Assembly (NCBI GenBank): GCA_963749495.1
Contig: CAVVMW010000006.1
Coordinates: forward strand, 1 to 64,000
Reading direction: 5' to 3'
From: an uncultured bacterium
GTDB lineage: Bacteria > Verrucomicrobiota > Verrucomicrobiia > Limisphaerales > UBA8199
DNA length: 64,000 nt
Part shown: in pieces, positions 18,440 through 29,245 of the stretch
Layout of the letters: the number at the start of each line of letters is the position of its first letter
How positions within the stretch are numbered: the first letter of the stretch is position 1
Notes under the pieces: generated by a model
The model's database searches: none
Told to the model about the DNA's origin: nothing
Seen by the model: only the letters and a program-made list of their open reading frames with translations
Made by a program: the position numbers and the translations under genes

Positions 18440-20539
18440 CTATGGCACCGGAACAAGACGGTAGAGCCGGGGCGGTTGCAGCCACATGGTCAGGTCGAAG
18501 TAAGGCTGCGTTGTGTTGGTCAAGGTAACGGTGTCAAGCGTCACCCACGCGTTGGTCGGACCGATTTGGTTGATGCAGTCAACGCGCCACGTGCTGCCGA
18601 TCGCTCCGGCGAGGGGGATCTCGGTGGCCATGCCCAGGTCCAGCACGGCCCTGACGCTCGGGACATTGGTCTGCCAGACACGATAGAACCGCGATGGCCG
18701 CAGCGGGTCAGAGAGGTCCAGGTAGAGTTGCGGGGGATTGGTCAGCGTCATGGTATCCAGCGTCTGCCAGGCTGTGCCGGGACCCGGCGTATCGGCGCAA
18801 ATCAGGTGCAGAAGGCTGCCTGCGTCACCGCTCAAGTGGATGGCTGGGACGGTCCTTCTCGGAACGGGCGGAATGACGCTTAGCGCGGCGGTATCGCTGG
18901 TCACGACTCCGTAAGGGTTGGTGATGACGACGGAGTAAGGGCCTGCCTGGGCGGGTTGGACACCGTAGAGGTACAGGGTGGGATCGGTCGCGCCGGCCAG
19001 GGCCCTGGTGTTGAAATGCCATTGATAACCCGGCCAGGGGGGGATGTTGGTGACGGTCACCGAGAGGCTGACGCTGGCACCGGCCTCTGCGCTCTGGGTC
19101 AGAGGCGGGGTTCCGATTTGCGGGGGCCCCCATACGACCAGGCTGGCGGCCGCGCTCGTAGCGCTGCCGTACCCATTGGAGACCACCACGCTATAGGACC
19201 CCGCATCGGAAAGTTGCACGCTCGCCAAACGCAGCGAGGCGCTGGTAGCGCCCTCGAGTGCGTTGGTGCCGTTGAAAAACCACTGGTATGCCGGCAGAGG
19301 GCTGCCGACCGCATCCACGTCGAACTGCGCCGGCGAACCGAGGACGACCACTTGATTCGAGGGTGAGGTCCGTATCTCGGGAGCAGCCAGGAATCCCATG
19401 CTGAACACCACGCCGTTGTTATAAACGCCCCCATAGGCGGCGGTGCCGTAGAGCGCCGTGCCCGATGACACCAAGCCCGCGCAAGGGTTCGCCCCGTCGC
19501 CGAGCCCGTTGAACTGCTTGAGTACGGCGAACCCGCTGCCGTCGGTATTGATGCGGAAGAGCGCGCCGGCATCCGCTTTGCTGAAGTGGAAGTCGGTTCC
19601 GCCGTAGGTCGCATAGAGCGTCGTTGCGGATAATAAGGGGCCGGCCACTGTCGGCATCGCCGGGTCGCCGCCGGAAGTAGTGAAGGTGTGCAGGACCGTG
19701 AAGCCGCTGCCGTCGGTATTCAGCTTGAAGAGGGAGCTGTAGAAGTTAATGTCGGAGGCCGCGCCGTAGAGCGTCGTGCCAGATAACGCCAGCGGGCACA
19801 GGAGGGCGTTTTGGGCGCTGACATTCACTTCCTTGAGCACGGCAAACCCGGTGCCGTCGGTGTTGAGCTTGAAGATTGCGCCCTTGCCAGAAACCACATT
19901 GCCCTCGGTGCTGCCATACAGGGTGGCGCCGGACAAAATCAAAGCCGCGTGCGGATAAGCCCCTTCGCTTGAGTCGAGGACCTTAAGAACGGTGTAGCCG
20001 CTGCCATCGGTGTTGAGCTTGAAGACCGTTCCCAAGCCGCCGGCGGCACCGGCGCCGCCCTGAGTTGTTGTCCCATACAGCGTGTTGCCGTCCAACAATA
20101 AGCCGCCGTACGGCCAAACCCCTTCGCTCGAGTCGGAAAACGCGTGTATCACACTGAAACCGGTCCCATCCGTGTTGACCTTGAATACGGTCCCAGAGCC
20201 CCCGGCGCCGCCGACAGCCGTCGTCCCGTAGAGCGTGGTGCCCCATGAAACCAGGCTCCCCATCGGGCTCGCTCCATCATCGGCTCCGGCGAAGCTCTTG
20301 AGAACAGTGAACCCGGTGCCATCCGTGTTGACCTTGAAGACTGTGCCCTGATTGGAGCCGTCGCTAACCGGCGCCGTCCCGTAGAGGGCGGAGCCAACCA
20401 GGATGAGTTCGGCGCGAGGGTGTGCCCCGTCACTGCCGGTGAAGTCGTGCAAAACGGTGAAGGCTTGTGCCGTGCCGCCGGTATGGCCCAGGACAAGCAA
20501 CGGAGCGGCGATTGAAAGGATCATTGTGAGTCGGTCCAT
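18440..20539 (-). CDS. Secreted GloVer/TIGR03803-like repeat protein with 2 Ig domains and a duplicated C-terminal tail
   Basis: Repeats LYGTTxxGG...GTVFK(V/L)NTDG(T/S)GFTVL; two Ig domains; ...RFYRVW and ...RLYRLVP units. Confidence 0.9.
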   Translation of the reverse strand: MDRLTMILSIAAPLLVLGHTGGTAQAFTVLHDFTGSDGAHPRAELILVGSALYGTAPVSDGSNQGTVFKVNTDGTGFTVLKSFAGADDGASPMGSLVSWGTTLYGTTAVGGAGGSGTVFKVNTDGTGFSVIHAFSDSSEGVWPYGGLLLDGNTLYGTTTQGGAGAAGGLGTVFKLNTDGSGYTVLKVLDSSEGAYPHAALILSGATLYGSTEGNVVSGKGAIFKLNTDGTGFAVLKEVNVSAQNALLCPLALSGTTLYGAASDINFYSSLFKLNTDGSGFTVLHTFTTSGGDPAMPTVAGPLLSATTLYATYGGTDFHFSKADAGALFRINTDGSGFAVLKQFNGLGDGANPCAGLVSSGTALYGTAAYGGVYNNGVVFSMGFLAAPEIRTSPSNQVVVLGSPAQFDVDAVGSPLPAYQWFFNGTNALEGATSASLRLASVQLSDAGSYSVVVSNGYGSATSAAASLVVWGPPQIGTPPLTQSAEAGASVSLSVTVTNIPPWPGYQWHFNTRALAGATDPTLYLYGVQPAQAGPYSVVITNPYGVVTSDTAALSVIPPVPRRTVPAIHLSGDAGSLLHLICADTPGPGTAWQTLDTMTLTNPPQLYLDLSDPLRPSRFYRVWQTNVPSVRAVLDLGMATEIPLAGAIGSTWRVDCINQIGPTNAWVTLDTVTLTNTTQPYFDLTMWLQPPRLYRLVPVP

Positions 20540-20826
20540 AAGGCAGTCACGGTTGAATCGAGAGCCACGAACGGGCGGATGAAACCAGGCCGGCGTGTTG
20601 ACCTGCATTAGGCAAACCGAAGCCGGGCCAAGTCCCCGAACTCCGTCAGCCTCTGCGCGCCAACATGCCCGCCCCAGATTCATCGGATCGGCAAGGGAGC
20701 TGCCCCGCGAAAAGCGGCAAACCCAAAACGGGCGCCCGCTGGTTCACAACAACTCGCTTGCACCAGGAATGGAATGAAAAACCAGGCTGTTTGTCAAGGA
20801 GATGTTTTTTGCAAACGTAAGGCCTC

Positions 20827-20945
20827 AGAAGGTGTGAAAAGATCGATTTCGGGCGCCAAGGACCGCAAAAATCTTCAAAATCCCCAGGAAAACAGAGGGG
20901 TGTTTTCGGGGATGATGCCCGTTTTGGCATTTTTTCACACCTTCT
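20827..20945. repeat. MITE-like element with 14-bp terminal inverted repeats
   Basis: AGAAGGTGTGAAAA and TTTTCACACCTTCT. Confidence 0.75.
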
Positions 20946-20976
20946 CAGTGAAGGCGGGAGCGGCACAGCCGGCAGA

Positions 20977-21215
20977 CCCCTCACCCCAACCCTCTCCCCA
21001 TCGGATGGGGAGAGGGCGGATTCTCCGTAGCGGCTCAAGGAACCAGAGACGCCTGGAAGTTCAAGAGATTGCCGTCACCTCTCCCTCTCCCTGTCGGACG
21101 GGGAGAGGGTGGATTCTCCGTAGCGGCTCAAGGAACCAGAGACGCCTGGAAGTTCAAGAGATTGCCGTCGCCTCTCCCTCTCCCTGTCGGACGGGGAGAG
21201 GGTGGGCGTGAGGGG
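20977..21215. repeat. REP-like CCCTCTCCC...GGGAGAGGG hairpins containing a 93-bp tandem duplication
   Basis: 21018-21110 is repeated at 21111-21203; flanked by CCCCTCAC and GTGAGGGG. Confidence 0.85.
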
Positions 21216-21623
21216 TCCGCCGGGGACTCCGTCTCCGCCTTCTCTGACCGGACAGTGAGACCCAACTGCCAATCGCAACCTTGCAGCGTGACCTTCGCGG
21301 CCCAGAAGGAGCGGCAGGCCAGAGTAACCGTGAGCCGGTTGCCCCACTGGTAGAGACTCAAACCGGCCAACAGGGGGCGGACGCCCATTGCCGTCTTGAA
21401 TTCCAGGTGGATGTTCGTAAAGGTGGTTAGGGACGACCGACGGGCGGGTGCATCCGTTCACGCCGGGCGACGGCAGCATCACCGTGGAATGGCTGACGAC
21501 GGAAGACATCTGGGTGGACTTCGCGTGTGCGGGGTTCGATGCGTTTCTCTCAGCGGCGGATGGCCGAGTCCGGCCAGCGGTCCGGTCGCTTGACACGCCC
21601 CGTCTTCCTCGTATAATCCGATC

Positions 21624-22379
21624 ATGATGACCCCGAGCAACAACCAGTCGTCCACGCGAGCCTGGTCTCGCACGACCCCTCGAGCTTTTTCCCTCATTGA
21701 ATTGCTGGTCGTGATAGCCGTCATCGCCATCCTGGCATCGCTCCTGCTGCCGGCGCTGACCGGCGCCAAAGAAAGAGCCAATCGAATCCAGTGCTTGGGC
21801 AACACCCGGCAGTTCGGCCTCGCTGCGATCCTCTACGGGCAGGACAACCGCGAGATGGTCCCGCAGCACACGATCGGCGGCTGGTGGTTGTGGGACTTGC
21901 CTCAGGCCACCCGGGATGCCCTGACGAATACCGCGGTGCGAAGGGAGATCTTCTACTGTCCCAGCGTTCGTGCCTCGGTTAAGGCCTTCGATCCTGTGGT
22001 CAACTGGTGGGACCAGGACATTATCGGGTATGGTTGGCTGGGGGTGCGGCTCGATGCCACCGGCAAGCCGGAACCGACGCAGAATTCGCCTAGCTATATG
22101 CTGCCGGGCAAGCAGTTCATTTCGAGGTTCACCGGCAACACCAACGCTTCGCTGGCCGAGCTCATTGTGGACCCCCTCTTGTCGGTGGCCAACACCCGGG
22201 ACTTCCTCAACCCCAACAGCGGCTTGACGCCCGATGGCCGGCACCATAACCCGCACATGCTGCGGCGGGACCCCGCCGGCGGCAACGCTTTCTACGTGGA
22301 CGGCCACAGCGCCTGGGTGAGGTTCCTGTTCATGAAGATGCGTTACGACCCTCACGACCGCGTGCAATGGTGGTGGTGA
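21624..22379 (+). CDS. Prepilin-type N-terminal cleavage/methylation protein (DUF1559-like, H-X9-DG type)
   Basis: [47 protein letters not shown]. Confidence 0.92.
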   Translation: MMTPSNNQSSTRAWSRTTPRAFSLIELLVVIAVIAILASLLLPALTGAKERANRIQCLGNTRQFGLAAILYGQDNREMVPQHTIGGWWLWDLPQATRDALTNTAVRREIFYCPSVRASVKAFDPVVNWWDQDIIGYGWLGVRLDATGKPEPTQNSPSYMLPGKQFISRFTGNTNASLAELIVDPLLSVANTRDFLNPNSGLTPDGRHHNPHMLRRDPAGGNAFYVDGHSAWVRFLFMKMRYDPHDRVQWWW

Positions 22380-22463
22380 CACGGACACCACTTGCCAAAC
22401 AGGAGCTGGTCAGACGGGCGCTGCGGTTGCACCTTCGCACCGTGATTGAAGCGGCGTTCGGGT

Positions 22464-24599
22464 CTAGCCGACTCGGCTGCGGCGCCAGCGGAAGAAGGAA
22501 ACGCCCCCCACCAGCAGGACTATCACCATGATCCAATGCGTCCTCGAGCTGCTCGCCGGCTGAGCAAGGACCCCTCTGGAGCCGAGTTGGCGCGAGATTT
22601 CCACCGCTCGCTGTCGAGCCCGGGCGTTGACTCCCGCCATCAGAAAGTGCCGCACGGCTTTCTGATGCCGGTCCGCCGCGAGCGCGGCCGCCACCTGCTC
22701 CCTTTGCAGCCGCCAGGCCTGTTCTTGCGTCATGCGGATCCGGTCCTTGTCCGAGACCTGCCGCTGATCGACGGGTATCTGAGTGGCGGCTCGGGCTCCA
22801 ATCACGGTCACTCCCAGGCCCAAGACCAGGAGAGCCCAGCTTAGTCGGAGCGGTGCTACGCTCAGTTTGGAGATTGGAGTGAAGAACATAAGATCGGGGC
22901 AGGATCGGGGGCAGCTCTGAAAGTTGCTCACCTGCAACAAACTCGGCGAATATGGCAAGCCGAGATCGATGTAAGAATTGCGGTCGTTGTGATAGCGGCT
23001 GTGGATTCGAGAGTCATAGATGAAGTTGATCGGGGTGTATGAAACGATGGCCTCATCACGGGACACCACCGTGCCGTGGAAGGCAGCCGAGGATTGGTGT
23101 GCGCCCACGAGCATCGCCAATCCGTGGTTGCAGTAGTAGATGCCTTCTATCACGGCGATATTAGGCGAGGCCAACTGGCTAAAGGCCAGTGGCGTTGAGT
23201 TGGCGTTAACGGGGTATCCGGAGATCAGCGCGGCCCTGGAGCTGGTCATGTTGAAATCGCCATCGTAGTTGTAAGGACCTCGGATGAAACCATCCCCATC
23301 TGCGTCGAAGGCGGTCGTCATCCCGTGCGCATCAACATATTGGCTCGCATTGGCCCAACCGTTGGTCGCCGGATAGGGAACGTTGTCATCCGCGGTGTGC
23401 GGGATGCCGTCAGCGCCCAGGGTCCGTTCGTCGCCGCAATACTGCATGCCCCATGTATTGCCTCCCATGCCGTTATAGCAATGATACACCCAATGGCTGC
23501 TCGTCACATCGCCTCCCACCACGGAGCCACGCACCGCGAACGCGACGAGGTCCTTGCTGAGGTTGGACAATGCCCATTGGTCCCGCGCCGCCGGGGGTTG
23601 AGTCTCCGGCAAGACACTGAAATCCGGGCCGTTGGCATAGGCAACATTGCCGGCGACATAGAGGTTCCCTCCCACATAGATCGTGCCGTGACCGCTGACG
23701 CTGCCTTGAATGACCACGTCGCCAGGAATGACGGCGGTGTTGCTGACGATGATCGGCGCGCCATTGCTTTGGGTGAGATAAAGCCCGGGTTGAGCGGTGT
23801 TGGTCCACACGCCCTGGACGATTTGGTTGGTCCCGACCCAAATCCCGTTGTACGGATTGGCAAGCGCGTTGGTGATGTAGGGGTTGAAACTCGTGAGGTT
23901 GGGCACATCCACGCGCTCGACGTTGCTGAAGACCATATCCACGGCGTCGCCGGCCGCCTCACCGAGGAAGGGCAGAGACTTAGTAAGGTTGACCGTGTTG
24001 CCGTAGGAGGTGATATCGCCGCTGGCCAAGACGGTGCCGTTGAGCACGGGACCTCCTCGGAAGTCAAAATTCCAATTGGATCGTTCCGCGCCGTCGCCCG
24101 TGATCGTGCCCCCCCACCACCAGCCCCAGTTGTTCAGGAAGTACTCGTAATCGAAGACGGGACTTGCCGGATGATACGTTACGAGGGCCTGGACCTTGGA
24201 CACCTTCGCGTTGCATTGAGCCTCGGCCGTGACGAAATAGGCCGATGGTCCCGGGGCGGGACTGGCGACAATGCTGACCCACGCGCCTGCCAACCGTCCG
24301 TTGGCTATGGCGGTTGTCATATAGGGCGGCATGTTCTGGGGGCTATCGGCCGTCGAGTAATAGTTGGAGCCACCGACATTGTTTCCACTGTCGGCGATCA
24401 GTTGGGCACCCCATTGCAGGGCATTCTCCGCGTGGTAGAACGCCGCCTGCCAATCGCTCCGGCCATGGGCCAGGCTCAGGGAGGTGAGGGTGAGCGTGAG
24501 CACGCTGCCGACGGCTATGGCCGTGGCTCCTCCAATGACCATGACGAGCAGGAGAGTACTCCCATTGCGGGATAGGCGCCTGGATGATGAGAGCCGCAT
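22464..24599 (-). CDS. PilX-like large minor pilin; the last ~140 aa (from ATG 22889) are probably a separate membrane protein
   Basis: NGSTLLLVMVI...AFYHAENAL N-terminus; beta-rich body; a second signal/TM-bearing segment starts at MFFTPISK. Confidence 0.75.
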   Translation of the reverse strand: MRLSSSRRLSRNGSTLLLVMVIGGATAIAVGSVLTLTLTSLSLAHGRSDWQAAFYHAENALQWGAQLIADSGNNVGGSNYYSTADSPQNMPPYMTTAIANGRLAGAWVSIVASPAPGPSAYFVTAEAQCNAKVSKVQALVTYHPASPVFDYEYFLNNWGWWWGGTITGDGAERSNWNFDFRGGPVLNGTVLASGDITSYGNTVNLTKSLPFLGEAAGDAVDMVFSNVERVDVPNLTSFNPYITNALANPYNGIWVGTNQIVQGVWTNTAQPGLYLTQSNGAPIIVSNTAVIPGDVVIQGSVSGHGTIYVGGNLYVAGNVAYANGPDFSVLPETQPPAARDQWALSNLSKDLVAFAVRGSVVGGDVTSSHWVYHCYNGMGGNTWGMQYCGDERTLGADGIPHTADDNVPYPATNGWANASQYVDAHGMTTAFDADGDGFIRGPYNYDGDFNMTSSRAALISGYPVNANSTPLAFSQLASPNIAVIEGIYYCNHGLAMLVGAHQSSAAFHGTVVSRDEAIVSYTPINFIYDSRIHSRYHNDRNSYIDLGLPYSPSLLQVSNFQSCPRSCPDLMFFTPISKLSVAPLRLSWALLVLGLGVTVIGARAATQIPVDQRQVSDKDRIRMTQEQAWRLQREQVAAALAADRHQKAVRHFLMAGVNARARQRAVEISRQLGSRGVLAQPASSSRTHWIMVIVLLVGGVSFFRWRRSRVG

Positions 24600-24626
24600 A
24601 ACGAGAAGCACTTGAGGCACCGGGGC

Positions 24627-25232
24627 CTAAGGGAAAGTCCTCATTCGGACTGAAAATGTCCGGCACACTGTGTTGGTTTTCGGTGTGGGATAGAAGGTGG
24701 CATGGACCAGTTCCACTTGGACGTTGACCAGGCTCAGATCCAGCGTGTTGTCTCCGTTTCCTTTGATGGAAGGGAAGAAACCGAAGGTGGCGATGGCGAC
24801 GTTGGCGTTGGTCGAGAGAAGGATTTCCTGATCGGTGGTCGAGGTATAGTCGGGGCAGTAGGACACCGTCCCAGTGAGGGGGTCGTAGCCGATTTGCGCC
24901 AAGGTCCGGCTGCCAACGCTTGTCATCTGGTAGGGCACTCTGAGGCAATAACACAGCCCGGGAGGCGGGGCGGCGCCGGCCACATTGGTGTAAATCGCCG
25001 CCTGCGCTCCTCCGCCGCCGCCCATGGCGCGGATGTGTTTGGCGAGTTTGCTCTGGAGTGTATTGGCTGCTTCATCGAGGCTCGCGTCGGAGAACACGGC
25101 GGCGTTGGTCCGGGCCGATTGGATCACCAAGAGCAGGGTGGAGGCCGCAACGAACACCGCGATGGCCGCGGCCACCATCAGTTCCACAAGAGTGAAACCG
25201 CTTCGCCGGACAGGTTTGCAGCAGCAGGTCAT
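24627..25232 (-). CDS. PilW/PulJ-like minor pilin
   Basis: SGFTLVELMVAAAI class III signal; ATGA overlap with the upstream gene. Confidence 0.85.
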   Translation of the reverse strand: MTCCCKPVRRSGFTLVELMVAAAIAVFVAASTLLLVIQSARTNAAVFSDASLDEAANTLQSKLAKHIRAMGGGGGAQAAIYTNVAGAAPPPGLCYCLRVPYQMTSVGSRTLAQIGYDPLTGTVSYCPDYTSTTDQEILLSTNANVAIATFGFFPSIKGNGDNTLDLSLVNVQVELVHATFYPTPKTNTVCRTFSVRMRTFP

Positions 25233-25807
25233 AGGTTTTTGGTGCGAACCATGTCGAGCTGGCATTGCAGGCGGTTGCCGTGTCCGAGCGGAGGATCCCA
25301 GGAAACCATCACATTCACATGGATGTCGTGTTGGACTTGCGCGCCCGAGACAGTGACCCAGTTGGTGGTGAGTGTGACCTGGAGCGTGGGGTTGGCGTTG
25401 GTGATCCACTGCAGATCCGGGTGGAAGATAAGATAATCGGCGGTATTCAACGCGTTAGTGGAGCCACTGGGCGGGATGACGATGTTGGGGGTCGTCAGAT
25501 TTTCCCCGCCAACGTCGTGGGATGGGTCGCCATTCCACAGCAGATTGATGCAACTGCCGCTGCCCACGACGTTGACCCCAGGCACCGTTCCCGGAAACGG
25601 CAATCCCTTGATATTCTCCGCATAGTGCAGAAGGAAATCGTTCACGATATTCTGTTGCCGCGCTTTCATGGATGCCACTTGCGCGCGGAGGATCGCCGTG
25701 AAGCAAATGATCGTGAGCACCCCCAACACCAAGACCGCAATCAACGCTTCCGCAAGGGTAAATCCAGTCATGTCTCGGAACTCGCGCTTTTTGAGTCTCG
25801 TCGCCAT
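25229..25807 (-). CDS. PilV-like minor pilin
   Basis: TGFTLAEALIAVLVLG; C-terminal VNVMVSW. Confidence 0.85.
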   Translation of the reverse strand: MATRLKKREFRDMTGFTLAEALIAVLVLGVLTIICFTAILRAQVASMKARQQNIVNDFLLHYAENIKGLPFPGTVPGVNVVGSGSCINLLWNGDPSHDVGGENLTTPNIVIPPSGSTNALNTADYLIFHPDLQWITNANPTLQVTLTTNWVTVSGAQVQHDIHVNVMVSWDPPLGHGNRLQCQLDMVRTKNL

Positions 25808-25817
25808 AAACCAAGAT

Positions 25818-27029
25818 TCAATGAATCCCACTGACAAGGCTGCTGAGTTTAAAGATCGGCAGGAACATGCAAATCACGATGCCCCCGACCACCACTCCCA
25901 GGAAGACAATGAGGACGGGCTCGATCATGGAGGTCAGGCCGGAAAGAGTAGTTTCGACTTCCTCTTCCAAATGGTCCGCCATGCGCTCCATCATATTGTC
26001 GATCCTGCCGGTTTGCTCGTCGGCGGACATCATGCGAATGATCATGTCGGGGAAGATGGGGTGCTTGGCCAAAGAGTCCGCGATGCGCTCACCGCGTTTG
26101 ATGTCTTCGGCGGCGGCATTGATGGAGCTTTCCATGACGACGTTGCCGGTGGCCTTGGAGACAGCCTCCAGAACGTTGAGGATGGGCACGCCGTTGCGGA
26201 GGAGCGAGGAGAAGGTGCGGGCAAACCGGGCCAGGCAGATGCAATGGGCAATGCCGCCGAAGATGGGGAGCTTGACGCGCCAGGTGTCCCAGATCTCGCG
26301 GCCGAACCGCGTTTTGAGGAAGCAAAACCAGCCGTAAATCGCCCCACCCAAGGCCAACACGATGAGGACGAGCCACGCTTGCACGAAATTGCTGAGCCTG
26401 ATCAGGAACTGCGTGGGAGCCGGCAATTTGCCTTTGAAACTGTCAAAGGTCTCGCCGAAGACCGGCACGACCTTGGCCAACAGGAAGATGGTGAGGGCAA
26501 TGGCTACTACGGTCACCACGGTGGGATACATCATCGCGGACTTGACTTTGCGGCGGAGCCGCGCGGCGTTTTCAAGGTCGGTGGCAATCCGTGAGAGCAC
26601 CTCCGGCAGCAAACCTCCTTCTTCGCCGGAGGCCACCATGCAAACGTACAGCTTGTCGAACACCTTGGGATGCTTTGCCAGCGCGTCGGATAAGCTGTCG
26701 CCCCTTTCGATGCGGGCGCAAACGTCCTTGAGGACACTTCTCATCACCCTGCTTTTGGTCTGATGGGCCAGCCCATTAAGGCACCCGAGCAGGGCCATGC
26801 CGGCATCCACCATCGTGGCGAATTGCCGGGTGAACAGGACCAGGTCTTTCAAGGCCACCGCCCCGCCCTCCGACCGGCCTTTCTTGCTCAGTTTCTGCTC
26901 TATCGAGACAACAAGCTGATCCCGACTGAACAGGGCGCTAATAGCAGCCTCCTCCGTGTCGGCCTCCAACGTGTTGACAACCTCCAGGCCCGTCTCGGCG
27001 TCTCGGGCCACATAGTCGAAAGAGGGCAT
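25818..27029 (-). CDS. pilC: Type IV pilus/T2SS platform protein PilC/GspF
   Basis: FTRQFATMVDAG, SGEEGGLL, KVKSAMMYP, LPAPT, SMIEPVLIV...MFLPIF. Confidence 0.93.
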   Translation of the reverse strand: MPSFDYVARDAETGLEVVNTLEADTEEAAISALFSRDQLVVSIEQKLSKKGRSEGGAVALKDLVLFTRQFATMVDAGMALLGCLNGLAHQTKSRVMRSVLKDVCARIERGDSLSDALAKHPKVFDKLYVCMVASGEEGGLLPEVLSRIATDLENAARLRRKVKSAMMYPTVVTVVAIALTIFLLAKVVPVFGETFDSFKGKLPAPTQFLIRLSNFVQAWLVLIVLALGGAIYGWFCFLKTRFGREIWDTWRVKLPIFGGIAHCICLARFARTFSSLLRNGVPILNVLEAVSKATGNVVMESSINAAAEDIKRGERIADSLAKHPIFPDMIIRMMSADEQTGRIDNMMERMADHLEEEVETTLSGLTSMIEPVLIVFLGVVVGGIVICMFLPIFKLSSLVSGIH

Positions 27030-27063
27030 GTTTACCTGAGGTCTTGTTGCTGTATCTCGCGGA

Positions 27064-29217
27064 TTAGCCGGATGCGGCTGGGTTCCCCGATCGCGCCATT
27101 CCCGATTTCTCCAGCCTGCCGCGCAACGCGAAGGTCAGGGCCTTGACGGTGATTTCCATGAAAACAAACGGTTTCACCACGTAATCGCTGCCGCCGCACC
27201 GGATGGAGTGGGCGCGGAACTCCTCGTCGGAAAGCGCGGTCACAAAAACCACCGGCGTGGAGCGGTTGGGGACGGTTTCATGAATCTTGGAGCATACCGC
27301 GAAACCGTCCATCACCGGCATGAGAACGTCCAAAAACACCAGGTCGAACTCCTTTTCCGTCGCAAGCCCCAGCGCCGCCTCTCCACTCTCGGCGCCGACG
27401 GGCCTGGGAAATGCCATTTGCAGCGCGCCGGTGAGCGCGCGGCGGGCCAATGGCTCGTCATCCACCACCAGGATGCGAATCGGCGGGTTGCTGGCCAGGT
27501 CGGGTCTCACCCCGGGCGCGCACAAATCCTGGAGCAGGTCCAGCCCGGCGCCCGCCGTGCGCAGCGCCGAGGCGGTCGCCTTCTTGGAATTGTCCTTGAG
27601 CTTCTTAACCAGCCCTTCCAGGGCGCAGCAGAGTTCAAAAGCCGGCCGGAGTTCCGGCAGGTCAATCCTGCGCGACAGGGGCTGGAGCCGCAAGTGCAGC
27701 CGCACCAGCAATTCCTTCCGCGCCGCCTCCTGCTCCAACCCGCCGATGAGCGTGATTTGATCCTTCATCTCTCGAACGGAGGCCCTCATGTGCGTCAGGA
27801 ACGCCGGGGAAAAATCGCAGGCACCCTCTCGGGCGGGGAAGCCCTTCCTGGTCGAAATCGCGCCGGCAAACACGGGCGGCGGCAGCAAGGCGACCGGGCC
27901 TGAGCCCGCCTGAGCCACGGCGCGGTCTGGTCCCGGGAGCAGTTCCGTCGGCCGGGCCGGATCTTCATCGGACACGGGGACCGATCGCAGCTCCGGCCAA
28001 CGCACCGCGGGCGTGGAGGAGGCGAGAGACTCGCCGGAAGCTTCGAGGATGCGATTGCGCTCGCGCAGCCGGGCGCGCAAAACCAGGGTCAGAGCCTTGA
28101 GCGTCACTTCAAAGGTCAGGAACGGTTTGCCCAGGAGATCATCGCCGCCGGTGGTGAGCGATTTGGCGCGCGTGTCAAAGTCCTTCAACGCGGTGACGAA
28201 CAACACCGGTGTGGAGCCGTTGGGCGCAGTTTCGCGAATCTTCGTGCAAACTTCAAAACCATCCATGCCGGGCATCATCACGTCCAGGAGGACGAGGTCG
28301 TAGCTTCGCAGGCGGGCCAGGGCGAGCGCCCCCTCGCCGGTCTCCACCAGATCAGGCTGCCCGAAAGCTCTCTTTACCGCCGCGCATAACACGAAGCGGC
28401 TCACTCGGTCGTCGTCCACCGCCAGCAGCCGTATGGCCGGATTGGCCGCCAGGTCGGCCCGGATTCCGGGCGCGCACAAGTCCCCCAAAAGGTCCAAGCT
28501 GTTCGCGATCGTTCGCTGCGTGGAATGCGTGATGTTGCTCACCCTGCCGGTGAGTTGCTTCAGGAGGCCCTCGATGGCGGCCGCCAGTTGCCAGGCCGGC
28601 CGCAATTCCGGCAGGCTCGCTCGCTGCTTCAAGGCGGTGATTTGGCCGCAGGCCTCAACCAGTCTGCCACGCTGCGCCGCCGGACTTTTGAGTCGACCGC
28701 TGCTTTCGACGAGTTTCTGCAGTGCTCCCACCCGTTCCGGCGCCCAGGCAAAGAACTCCCTGAGCCGATCACGGCCGCCCCGGCCCTCTGACCCTTCGCT
28801 TTGCCCATTATCATCGACCGACCCAACGGGGAGTCGTGAAAGCAAGGGTCTGGCGTTCAGGGGCGCAACACGGGGCGCCGCCGGCGGGCCGGCCCGAAAT
28901 TCCGTGATAAACCTGGCGAAGTCCTCCTCCTCCGCGAGCTTGTCCTGCCGGCCAGCCGCCGAGAAACCGACCAGCCCCAGCTCGCCTGCCAGGGAACGAG
29001 TGGCCGACCTGGCCAGTTTTCTCGCAACCAGCCATCCGCCCAGGGCCATCACCAGGGCGGCCGCAATGTATTGAAAGGTCCGGGCGTGGTCAACGCGCAC
29101 TTCATCCTCGGGGCGCGCGGCTGGAGACAGGGTCGCGGCCAGAGCGGCGCCGGCCAAACCACACGCGATCCCTAATACGAAAAAGCGGCGTCGCCTCGTA
29201 ATCATGTCCTTCCTCAT
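27064..29217 (-). CDS. Membrane-anchored regulator with two (Hpt-like + REC) modules
   Basis: N-terminal hydrophobic segments; two REC domains (LLDVMMP, FLDVLMP), each preceded by a helical LPELRPA...EGLxKxL domain. Confidence 0.85.
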   Translation of the reverse strand: MRKDMITRRRRFFVLGIACGLAGAALAATLSPAARPEDEVRVDHARTFQYIAAALVMALGGWLVARKLARSATRSLAGELGLVGFSAAGRQDKLAEEEDFARFITEFRAGPPAAPRVAPLNARPLLSRLPVGSVDDNGQSEGSEGRGGRDRLREFFAWAPERVGALQKLVESSGRLKSPAAQRGRLVEACGQITALKQRASLPELRPAWQLAAAIEGLLKQLTGRVSNITHSTQRTIANSLDLLGDLCAPGIRADLAANPAIRLLAVDDDRVSRFVLCAAVKRAFGQPDLVETGEGALALARLRSYDLVLLDVMMPGMDGFEVCTKIRETAPNGSTPVLFVTALKDFDTRAKSLTTGGDDLLGKPFLTFEVTLKALTLVLRARLRERNRILEASGESLASSTPAVRWPELRSVPVSDEDPARPTELLPGPDRAVAQAGSGPVALLPPPVFAGAISTRKGFPAREGACDFSPAFLTHMRASVREMKDQITLIGGLEQEAARKELLVRLHLRLQPLSRRIDLPELRPAFELCCALEGLVKKLKDNSKKATASALRTAGAGLDLLQDLCAPGVRPDLASNPPIRILVVDDEPLARRALTGALQMAFPRPVGAESGEAALGLATEKEFDLVFLDVLMPVMDGFAVCSKIHETVPNRSTPVVFVTALSDEEFRAHSIRCGGSDYVVKPFVFMEITVKALTFALRGRLEKSGMARSGNPAASG

Positions 29218-29245
29218 AATGGGTTCGTGTGTTGGCGTTTTGCGT

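Noticed and set aside
21018..21203. 93-bp direct repeats as a CRISPR array
   Set aside because: Only two units, the would-be spacers are identical, and no cas genes are present; this is a tandem duplication within a REP element.
22464..24599. PilX fused to a C-terminal membrane anchor as a novel architecture
   Set aside because: The last ~140 aa begin with their own ATG and signal-like segment; a missed stop or frameshift near 22915 is more likely.
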